Shown here one piece after another: positions 1 through 8,605 of a stretch of 13,460 bases of DNA. The stretch comes from Octopus sinensis (lineage: Eukaryota): contig NW_021826119.1 in the NCBI RefSeq assembly GCF_006345805.1, forward strand, positions 1 through 13,460, written 5' to 3'. The notes under the pieces are model-generated. The model saw only the letters and a program-made list of their open reading frames with translations, did no database searches and had not been told where the DNA came from. How positions within the stretch are numbered: the first letter of the stretch is position 1; each line of letters begins with the position of its first letter. A program made the position numbers and the translations under genes.

Positions 1-103
1 CCTCATTTAATTTCCTCTCTTATGATTATGATCATCGCTATCATAATGATGTTAGCTGCTGCCCTCTAATATTAACGTATTGTAGATCTTTAAATAATAA
101 ATA

Positions 104-341
104 TATCTATATCTATATCTCTTTATATATATATATATATATACATATGTGTGTGCGTGTGTATTTATTTATGAATGCATCCGGTTATATTTACAAACGT
201 ATGTGTCTCTTTTGTCGATCGCAATCAATATCTGAGTGTCTATGAAGTTATGTATCTGTACCTCTGCATAACTACTAATCTAATTTGCACCCTTACCAAA
301 AAAAATAAATCGTATATTCCAATATATTCTAACATACTCCG

Positions 342-390
<49 letters not shown>

Positions 391-457
391 CTTGTATAAA
401 TATATATGTATATATACGTGTATATATATATGCCTATATATATGTGTGTATATATAG
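104..457. repeat. Compound microsatellite tracts: (ATCT)n/(TA)n/(TG)n at about 104-165 and (TACA)n/(CA)n/(TA)n at about 345-457
   Basis: Directly visible di- and tetranucleotide runs; they explain ORFs 175..399 and 280..510. Confidence 0.9.
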
Positions 458-466
458 TTATAAGAG

Positions 467-839
467 GGCGCAGGAGTGGCTAGGTGGTAAGTAGCTTGCT
501 TAACAATCATATGGTTCTGGATTCAGTCCCACTGTGTTGCATTTTGGACAAGTGTCTTCTAATATAGCCTCTAACCGACCAGAGCTGACCAGAGCCGACC
601 AGAATAGATTTGGTAGACGGAAACTGAAAGAAGCCCGTCGTATATGAATATAGCGGGGAACCTACAAAAATTTCTCATATCAATCATGTGGCTGTTCTCT
701 ACCAATCAAATCCTAATGCATGTATAAGTTTGTGTCTCTGTGTTTGTCCCCCGATGTTGGGGGAGATTGATAACCGATGCTTGTGTGTTTACGTCTCCGT
801 CACTTAGCGGTTCGGCATTAGAGACGATAGAATAAGTAC
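467..839 (+). mobile_element. tRNA-derived SINE, family A (CORE-like central domain), 3'-truncated
   Basis: A-box-like TGGCTAGGTGG (477-487) and B-box-like GGATTCAGTCCC (519-530). CORE-like TTGGACAAGTGTCTTCT follows, then GGTAGACGGAAACTGAAAGAAGCCCGTCG, and a 3' module at about 720-839. Colinear with the opposite-strand copy at 844-1170. Resembles described octopus tRNA SINEs (OK/OR1/OR2); exact family not assignable without a library. Confidence 0.85.
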
Positions 840-843
840 AATG

Positions 844-1170
844 TTTTCTTTGTAAGCCTAGTACTTATTCTATGGGTCTCTTTTGAAGAACTGCTAAGTT
901 ACGGGGACGTAAACACACCAGCATCGGTTGTCAAGTAATGGTGGGGAAACAACCACGGACACACAAATACATACATACAAACATTCACACACACACACAC
1001 ACACACATATACGACGGGCTCCTTTCAGTTTCCGTCTACCAGATCCACTCACAAATCTTTGGACTGTCCGAAGCTATAGTAGAAAACATTTATCCAAGTT
1101 GCCACGCAGTGGGACTGAACCCAGACCCATGTGATTGGTAGTTAAGCTTCTTACCACACAGCTGCCTCTG
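844..1170 (-). mobile_element. tRNA-derived SINE, family A, 3'-truncated, with internal (CA)n
   Basis: Reverse complement gives GCTGTGTGGTAAG...GGGTTCAGTCCCACTGCGTGGC...GGTAGACGGAAACTGAAAGGAGCCCGTCG, then (TG)n and the same 3' module as the 467-839 copy. Confidence 0.88.
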
Positions 1171-1459
1171 TTTCTCTCTATGTAAAACAATGTTATATAT
1201 AACAAAGTTTATATATATAAAACACAGGTCTTTTATTTCACACGAGTGGAAATATAGGAAAAGCAGAAGTTGAAAATTCATTCAGAATAATTAAAATATT
1301 TTTTATTAATATATTTAAAGCTTTAACCGGTTTCACAGTTTACACTGATTTTCAAATGGTTGAAATAGAAACACGTGGCTTATGTCGCAGCTGTCGTCCT
1401 TCTGACGCTCGCCTTATTTTTATAGGGACTTCATGGCTCAAATTAGTATATGTTTTGAA

Positions 1460-1534
1460 TAGGATTTGATTGGTAGAAGATAGTCACATGACTGGTCTTA
1501 GAAATTTTTGTCGGTTCCCTGCTATATTCATATA
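1460..1534. repeat. 75-bp segment present as an inverted copy at 641-715
   Basis: Manual ungapped alignment of 641-715 against the reverse complement of 1460-1534 gives 65/75 identities. Confidence 0.9.
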
Positions 1535-1631
1535 TAATCGGCTACGGCATTTATTGACCACTGGTTGAAGATTAAGCTCTACTGATGATGGCCTACGAAC
1601 AAAATTAGAGGAGAAGGAATACTAGAGTTAA

Positions 1632-1673
1632 GTGTCTGATGATGTTCATATGTGAACGAAAGAACAGTAAGAG
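1632..1673 (+). ncRNA. Decayed minimal type I hammerhead-ribozyme-like motif
   Basis: CTGATGA (1636-1642), T, stem II GTTCA-TATG-TGAAC, GAAA (1658-1661), GAACA, GTA (1667-1669). Core and stem II are intact; stems I and III are mismatched. Confidence 0.45.
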
Positions 1674-1675
1674 TA

Positions 1676-2249
1676 CTGGATTGTCCGGAAAGTTCGTGCC
1701 GATTTATAGTAGCTTAAATTTCGACTTATTTTAGAACATGGCTAAGTCCATAAAATAGGATTTGACTAAACCTCCATTTAGAGCACGGTTTAAGCTATCT
1801 TTTCGTGGAAGAAGGTTTATGTTCCTATAACCTGTGTTAATTCTGTAACCCTTTAAAATGGAAGATAAGAAAGTTCATTTTCGGTACTTGATGCTTTTCT
1901 TTTTCCGTAAAAGGAAAAATGCCTCTCAAGCAACTAAGGAAATATGCGCAGTTTACGGTGATGTTTCTTTATCCGAAAGAACTGTACGAAAGTGGTTTGC
2001 AAGGTTCCGAGCTGGAGATTGTAGCCTTATTGATAAAGAGCGATCGGGCAAGCCATCCACTACAGATGATGACCAAATCAAGTCATTAATTGAGAATAAT
2101 CCACATTGCACAACACGAGAATTGGTAGAAAGCCTCACTCTATCAAAATCCGTCGGTCATGAGCACCTGGTAAAGCTTGGGTAATGGCAAGTACTTATTG
2201 ACCTTTTTCTTTCCTTTAAAAATCGGCACGTACGTTCCGGACAACTCAA
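1676..2249 (+). mobile_element. Internally deleted mariner (Tc1/mariner) DNA transposon, 574 bp
   Basis: 30-bp TIRs at 1676-1705 and 2220-2249 (25/30 match), TA on both flanks (1674-1675, 2250-2251), and an internal transposase N-terminus. The catalytic DD34D region is absent. Confidence 0.93.
1858..2184 (+). CDS. Truncated mariner transposase, N-terminal bipartite helix-turn-helix DNA-binding domain only (108 aa)
   Basis: Mos1/Hsmar1-type HTH (ASQATKEICAVYGDVSLSERTVRKWFARFRAGD), RSGKP linker and a second HTH ending EHLVKLG. The stop falls at the deletion junction before the WVPHEL motif, followed by a remnant of the NGKY C-terminus. Expression unknown. Confidence 0.8.
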   Translation: MEDKKVHFRYLMLFFFRKRKNASQATKEICAVYGDVSLSERTVRKWFARFRAGDCSLIDKERSGKPSTTDDDQIKSLIENNPHCTTRELVESLTLSKSVGHEHLVKLG

Positions 2250-2728
2250 TAGTTAAGTGATTATATAATACTACAAATCATTTTATGCATATATCTTATT
2301 TCTATTCACATTATATGATGGAACTTAACTAAATCCGAGCAAATTCAGGCGTACTCATGTTCCCCTACGGCAATTGTCAATCAGAATGACCGTGAAATGA
2401 GATCTACCCGGGACCTGATATTTTAGGAATAAAATTATTAACCACTGAATCTTGCTACTTACACCCACACATGAATGTATGCATTTGTGTTTATATGTAT
2501 CTTTGTCATGATGAATGCGGCCATGTTTTCCATTCCAGAGCTGGTCTCACGGGTAACATATTCAAGTCCCCAAGTTAAACCAAACCATTTTCCAGCATTT
2601 CTAAAATGCGACATTCTTTTAAAGGAAATTTCCTAGTCGATCTTCTCTCTCAAGTCAGAAGAAAGTACACGGGCTATGGTATTTTTTAGAATGAGAACCC
2701 AGTTATAATATAATGAATATCAATGCTT

Positions 2729-2960
2729 GGCGGCGAGCTGGCAGAAACGTTATCACGCCGGGCGAAATACCTAGCGGTATTTCGTCTGCCGATACGTTTT
2801 GAGTTCAAATTCCACCGAGGTCGACTTTACCTTTCATCCTTTCGGAGTCGATTAAATAAGTACCAGTTACGCACTGGGGTTGATGTAACCGACTTAATCC
2901 CCTTGTCTGACCTTATTTGTCAACTCTATGTTTAGCGCCCCGTGGGTAATAAAAAAAATA
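2729..2960 (+). mobile_element. tRNA-derived SINE, family B, monomer
   Basis: Head GGCGGCGAGCTGGCAGAAACG, B-box-like GAGTTCAAATTCC, core GAGGTCGACTTTACCTTTCATCCTTTCGG, CCAGTTACGCACTGG hairpin and an A-rich end. Matches the copies at 9552-9822 and 10900-11522. Confidence 0.92.
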
Positions 2961-3329
2961 AATAAATGCTGCATTTTCACCCCAAAAATGCCCTGAAGGT
3001 TTCATAATCACGAAAATAAGGAAGACAGAAAAAAGATAATTCTTCGTAGATGAGTCGACAGCCGTCGAGTATTATGTAAATTTATTTGTGGTTGTATGTA
3101 CGTGTGATTGTACTTAATGAGTATAATAATTAGACGGAATTTCACACATAATACTCGAACATTTTACAGCTTTGTGAAGCACGTTACCAAATATTTAGGG
3201 CGTTAACCTTACGTTAATCTAACAAACACACCCATACACACATATAATATATATATATATATATATATGTGTAAGAATTTTTGCGTAATGAGATACAAAA
3301 AACCAATGCTGTGTAGATATTAGAACATT

Positions 3330-3960
3330 TATAGATAGGTCTTACATCTGTTTCCAGGATATTCATTACTTATATCCCTTAAGCGGAGACGGTGTGAGAC
3401 AATGGTTAAGTAATAATTAATTCAGATTTGATACAAAATAGAGAGTGAGGTGGCGGAAAGAAAATAGATGCAAGATATGTATGGGGTATTGAAGTTGTAA
3501 ATCCAATTTTAAGCAGAATGGTATATATGTAATATTCCAATACCCTGAGTAAAGTCCAAAAGTCAAACAACCCCTTATTCACAAAATTACTGAATCTGGA
3601 AATTAACCATGGTTTGTCTATAGCACTTATTCAGCATTACCTGACACCTTTGGGTCTCAATGACACCATTACCTCTTATAACCTCATACTGATTAGAAGA
3701 TCGAAAATCCACCTGAAGATTGTCGGTAGCAGACATGAAACATATATATATATACACACACACACACATACATACATATATATATATATATAAGAGGAAG
3801 GTTTGTACGTACGCCGCAAAAATTTATGTATAAAAATATATAAAATGGGACAAGAACGCAAAACATTCAAATAAACGATACAAAAAACACGGACGGGTCA
3901 TTCTTCGAAGCCTCTAATCTTCAGTCAAGAACCGGATCATCCTCGCAATTTCGGTAGGGT
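3330..3960. mobile_element. Possible Penelope-like retroelement terminal remnants
   Basis: Cluster of hammerhead-like motifs (3339-3390 minus, 3713-3741 plus, bare CTGAAGA at 3918-3924 minus) and an LTPLGLN peptide (3641-3661) resembling the GIY-YIG C-terminal PxGLN. No RT domain seen. Confidence 0.35.
3339..3390 (-). ncRNA. Decayed minimal type I hammerhead-ribozyme-like motif
   Basis: Minus strand reads GTCT-CCGCTTAA-GGGATAT-(9-nt loop)-ATATCCT-G-GAAAC-AGAT-GTA-AGAC. Stems I and II, GAAAC and the GUA site are correctly spaced; the CUGANGA core has 3 substitutions. Confidence 0.55.
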
Positions 3961-4594
3961 CATCCACGAGGTTTTTGTTTACCAAACACACAAACAAAGC
4001 ATTTGTCAGCCCCGGGACTATAACAATCCATGTAACCATTTATTTCACTCGTTGTCATTATATGTCATCTCTACTCCTTATATTCCACTGTCCCCATGAC
4101 CGATCAAAATCAAAATCAACCTTTACTAGATGTGAACCCAAGATGTAAAAAACATGTAAATATATATAACAATAAAAATTTCACTAGAATTTTTTAAAAA
4201 GTATTTTATTTCACTGAGTTTGTCGAATCTTCTTCCAGATCTAAACCTTTACATAGAGTGTAAAGACTGATGTAGGAAAATTTCCAAGAAGCTTAATCAA
4301 CCCCTTAGAGACTTATGTGATTAAATAACACTTCTTAAGAAGTTTTGCGAAAACTTCGTCTTATCACGATTTTTCACTATCTTTTTTACTAAATTTAGGG
4401 CACAGATTCTCAAAATGCTTTTCTCTGACATTAACCGTTACAGAGTTACAATAATAATTCCTATTTTTGTCTTAGAACAGCTACGTCCATTGTAAGAAAT
4501 AGCTCTTTGACACACTTATTTAAAAATATACTATATATCTGAAATTATATTTTTGCGTTACAAATTCTTTACAAATTCTTTACAAAAACCTTAG

Positions 4595-5950
4595 CTTTGT
4601 CGAATGTCTTGAAAGTAACAGTTTCTCATATTTGCGGATATGATGCTGCAACCAAACCTTTTTTACACGAAAACTGAAAGGGTTCGAACTTTTGGATTTC
4701 ACTTAGTTTATATTTTGGAATACTGATGGAAACGAAAACGATGCTTGGACCTGTCATCTAAATTCTAACCAGTCCTTTACTCAAGAAGTATGGCTGAGAC
4801 ACGCATCAAAGGTTATCTTTGCACCCAGTGATCCGAGATTATCGATAGAGACGAAGAATTTTAAAGCCAATTCTAAATTTGACCTCCTTGATATTTTAAA
4901 GCACAGGAAATTTAAAGGAAGTTTAACCTTTCAATATGCAGCCTAAAAGTGTGGAACTTAATGAGGCGGGCTTTTAAGACTAGTGTATAGACGTTTCGTT
5001 ATTTTTGAGATTAATGAAGGCCAGTAGAACCATCAAAATATGAATGGTTTGCCTTCTACTGTTGGACTGAGGTATAACTATTGGAATGGTGACTGTTCAT
5101 AAACAGCTCAATTCAAAACTTAGTTTTGTTTACAATGCAAATAAATATCCAAGCTCTTGTCTTCTCGGAAAAGAGAAACAGAATACGAAAATGTTAAACA
5201 GCTGCTTAAAAGAATCTTCTATACTGAACTGTTTATGACTACATGCAAGAATTTCTAGCCAATTTTTATAATTCACCCCTTTGCAGTATAAGTTACTTGA
5301 CAGGAACTATTAATGGAAAGTTGCTTTGTATCCAACACAGGATTTCCCATCAGTAACACAGGATTTAGCATCGGGGTTTTTGAGGCAGCCTCTTGTGGAG
5401 TTTCAAATAGTTTAACTTCGCATAATCTAAAACTGATATTGATGAAGCTGCTTAAAATGCTATAGATTTTGGAAGGGTAGCAATTCAAGTAATTCTCTGT
5501 AAATTTCCATAGTTCCCTTATCCCAAAGTTTTGGCCAAAGTATTTGTTAAACACCAAAGAGAATAAGTTGAACAAGTTCGAAAATGTCTAGCAAAATAGG
5601 AGCTGTATGAAAAATGACAAATAGCGTACATTTTTCCATGTATGTCATGGATTTCTATAGATTTACGTAGTTTCAAACTTAAGAAAGCTAGCATCACCGA
5701 AAGTATTTTAAGAACGTGAGCAATTGCATGTGTTTAAAATTACATGCACATTTTAATTTCTCCGTGAAATGTTAAGTTATACAGTGAGAAATTCGGTGAA
5801 AGTTTTCATCAAAACGAATTAACAATAAAGAGATAGTAGCAAGTCTGTTGGAAATACTGTCACGATAGGAGTCTAAACATAGTCTCTGGTCGAAAAAGAT
5901 AAAAGCACTCTGAAAAGAAAAGTGCACAGAGCCGTAAGCATTTGAGCCAA
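4595..5950 (+). pseudogene. Degraded DDE transposase, Chapaev3-type (CMC superfamily)
   Basis: Colinear motifs across frameshifts: HICG (4627-4638), LYFG (4708-4719), GNENDAWTCH (4728-4757), LKVWNL (4943-4960), EW*LFINSS (5084-5110), YNANKYPS (5131-5154), ETEYENVKQLLKRIFY (5175-5222), QPLV (5386-5397), HNLKLILMK (5421-5447), CMCLKLHAHFNF (5725-5760), SEKFGESFHQ (5783-5812). These match the recalled order CYICG, LYFG, GDQDKxWAPH, LKxWNL, EWRLFIDSS, HNGNKYPS, ESYENMKxLL, PLV, LHIKLGLMK, MSLKIHFLHSHLDFF, SDEHGERFHQ. Transposase identity is strong; the family name is from memory. Confidence 0.78.
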
Positions 5951-6035
5951 CTCCGCAGTTTCAAAGCTAATGTGTACATACATGCACACTCCAACAACAC
6001 AGAAAACACACTTATACACGCACACTCGTACACAC

Positions 6036-6061
6036 AGATATATATGTATATATATAATATA

Positions 6062-6156
<95 letters not shown>

Positions 6157-6240
6157 ATATATATATACATATGTATATATATATATAGATATATATATGT
6201 ATATATGTGTATATATGTATATATACTCTCATATATACAC
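6036..6240. repeat. Long (TA)n microsatellite with TG interruptions
   Basis: Directly visible; explains ORFs 5942..6250, 5970..6188 and 6112..6303. Confidence 0.95.
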
Positions 6241-6974
6241 TCATGTATGAAAATTAAAAGAAACTGTTATTTCATGCGATTATTTTTTATCCTAAGCAAA
6301 TGACTGAAATACAATTCCATCGCAAATCAACGCGTAATGTGCGGACACATTTCCAAATATATACTCTAAGACAATTCTAATATGAACAACAGACTTATTG
6401 CATACTATATCCGGAAGAAAATCGGTGCACCACTCAGGAAAGACAATATCGAATGATATAATTTTATGCTCGTCCAATTGCACCTTTCTAGTGTAAACTG
6501 AATTCTACATTCATTTTGTATAAGTTATGTATTCAGAATGAGTCAGGAGAGTAAAGAGCGTGATCTCATTGATGAGTTCAGTGAACCCACTTATGTTTAT
6601 TAGTAGAAAATAACCTCTTTCTTCGATTTAATTTAGAATAGTACACAGAGCTTATGTTTTCAAGGTAGTTCCTAGTCTCTTTGCAGTTAAATGTTTCGTC
6701 TCTGAGCTTTGGTTGAGAGAGCATCGAAAATATTTACGACAGTCATGTCGCGCGTAAAAAGATATATATCATTCCGTCGCAGAGCTGCTGGGGTTATTTC
6801 TCATATCAAGTACTAAGCTTGCATTCTAAAACCACATTGTAGGAAAATCCATGAGATGTGTTTGGAAGTAGAAGCACATGACCTGTATGGTCTTTTATCT
6901 GTGAAACCAAAGTTACGGTTCACTTTACTTAATTTATTAATACAGACATACAAAGACGCACATGTATGTGTATA

Positions 6975-7076
6975 TACACTCATTCATACATACATACATA
7001 CACACATAAAAACATACATGCATACATACATACATATATATATGTATATATATATATATAATATATATATATTATA

Positions 7077-7111
<35 letters not shown>

Positions 7112-7116
7112 ATATA
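6975..7116. repeat. (TACA)n/(TA)n microsatellite
   Basis: Directly visible. Confidence 0.92.
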
Positions 7117-7117
7117 A

Positions 7118-7280
7118 TTTTATTCTTTTATGTGTTTCAGTCATTTCACTGCGGCCATGCTGGTGCACCACATTTAGTCGAACATATTGAACCCAGCACT
7201 TATTCTTTGTAATCCTAGTACTTATTCTTTCGGTCTCTCATGCCGAACCACTAATTTACGGGGACGTAAACACACTAACA
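7118..7280 (-). mobile_element. 3' tail module of SINE family A (head absent), including the terminus missing from the 467-1170 copies
   Basis: TTCTTTGTAATCCTAGTACTTATTC...TACGGGGACGTAAACACAC matches 847-918. It extends to GTGTTTCAGTCATTTCACTGCGGCCATGCTGG and a TTTTATTCTTTTA end. Confidence 0.85.
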
Positions 7281-7324
7281 TATATATAACATATATATAC
7301 ATGCATGTGTGTGTGTGTGTGTGT

Positions 7325-7366
<42 letters not shown>

Positions 7367-7385
7367 TGTGTATGCATGTATACGT
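7281..7385. repeat. (TA)n/(TG)n microsatellite
   Basis: Directly visible; lies where the family A internal microsatellite is expected. Confidence 0.92.
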
Positions 7386-7977
7386 ATGTACATCGCATTC
7401 TTCGTAAGAAACGCCAGAAAACAAAGTATTGAATCCTGGAAAGACTGAAGATTATTTAACGATATTTTCTACTGAGTCGTCTGTACGAAATTAAATATCA
7501 GGTGGTCGATGTAACAATTAGGCTTTCCACTTTCACTTTCTTTTTGATCTCGTTATTTATTAATTTTTTTTTTTTTTTGTTATTCAGTATTTGCTGCTTT
7601 GTTCAATTTCTCCCCCAGTCCTGTAAGAATTAGGAAAATATATTACCAAATTATACGTCGCAAGCGAAATATATTAAACCTGCAGATATGGCAATGCAAT
7701 TTTCAAGAATATTTCCATACAAGCACTGGTATATTAAATCGAACTCTTTTACACAATTTCAAATGGAAATTTTTAGGTGTGAGGCAGAAAAAAAATAATT
7801 AACAATATAATTAATGGCGGAAAAATGCGAACGTATCCAAACGGCAGGAAGCTTTTACCGCCAGCAAAACAACCCCCACTCCATCGCTGCCCCCCAAGAA
7901 CGAATATATTAAGTTTTGAGTTTCGTAGTGTAAATAGGTCTCATAAGCGTTAACTTGATTTAATAAATGACCTAAAA

Positions 7978-7993
7978 TATAATAATAATAATG

Positions 7994-8046
<53 letters not shown>

Positions 8047-8047
8047 C
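7978..8047. repeat. (AAT)n microsatellite
   Basis: Directly visible; explains the poly-Tyr ORF 7811..8053. Confidence 0.95.
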
Positions 8048-8141
8048 ATACAAAGTAAAAACAAAAAATTAGAGAGTTTCGGTTAGTTCAATATTAAGTG
8101 AACAGATGTGCTAAATTGTATCTCTTGAGAACTGGGCAACA

Positions 8142-8155
8142 GTTGCTATGGTTAC
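8142..8155 (-). promoter_or_regulatory. X-box (RFX site)-like motif
   Basis: Minus strand GTAACCATAGCAAC fits GTHNYYATRRNAAC. A chance match is plausible and no linked gene is visible. Confidence 0.25.
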
Positions 8156-8482
8156 AATATTTCTCTAAGATGGTTAGAGTAGATAAGGAATACAGTAGAG
8201 GTTTGGGAAGGAGTTTATAAAGAACGCTGTTTTTATTTCAAATATTAGATCTCTACACCGAAAATCCTCCGGGGATTCTCTAGATGTATTACTATCCCAG
8301 AATCTCCCTTTCCGTCTTCCTCTTTCTTTCCCGTCCAATCTCTTCGCTTTTCCCTTTCTTATCTATCTGCTAGCCAAAGTTTCTTTCTCCCTCTCTTTAT
8401 GTTCAGACATTTATAATTACATGTACACTCTCACAGTTCTATACTTATATACACAGACAAAGCGATCACAGATACTCACACA

Positions 8483-8533
8483 CGTATGTATGTATGTATG
8501 TATGTATGTATGTATGTATGTATGTTTTTGTAC

Positions 8534-8587
<54 letters not shown>

Positions 8588-8605
8588 TTGTACGTATATA
8601 TATAT
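8483..8605. repeat. (TATG)n/(TA)n microsatellite with a duplicated TATGTTTTTGTACGTATATA unit
   Basis: Unit seen at about 8521 and 8581; explains the four overlapping ORFs at 8421-8742. Confidence 0.92.

Noticed and set aside
175-1281. ORFs 175..399, 280..510, 928..1134, 938..1141 and 1090..1281
   Set aside because: Translations of microsatellites and antisense SINE sequence; no protein-family signal.
2399-2457. Possible decayed tRNA-like head on the minus strand (TCAGTGGTTAA ... CCGGGTAGATCTC)
   Set aside because: Both boxes are degenerate and no SINE body follows; too weak to call.
2723-2935. 70-aa ORF
   Set aside because: Lies entirely within a SINE family B copy.
3918-3955. Minus-strand CTGAAGA and a nearby GAAA as a fourth hammerhead
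   Set aside because: No convincing stem II-GAAA-stem III-UH arrangement.
4558-5372. Short tandem duplications (11-bp unit at 4558-4586; 21-bp period AACACAGGATTT at 5334 and 5355)
   Set aside because: Ordinary slippage in decayed DNA; only two to three units and no spacers, so not CRISPR-like.
5273-5575. 100-aa minus-strand ORF
   Set aside because: Antisense shadow of the plus-strand transposase pseudogene.
7560-7630. Polypyrimidine tract with AG and GTAAG as a possible micro-exon
   Set aside because: No recognisable coding content; splice-like motifs are common.
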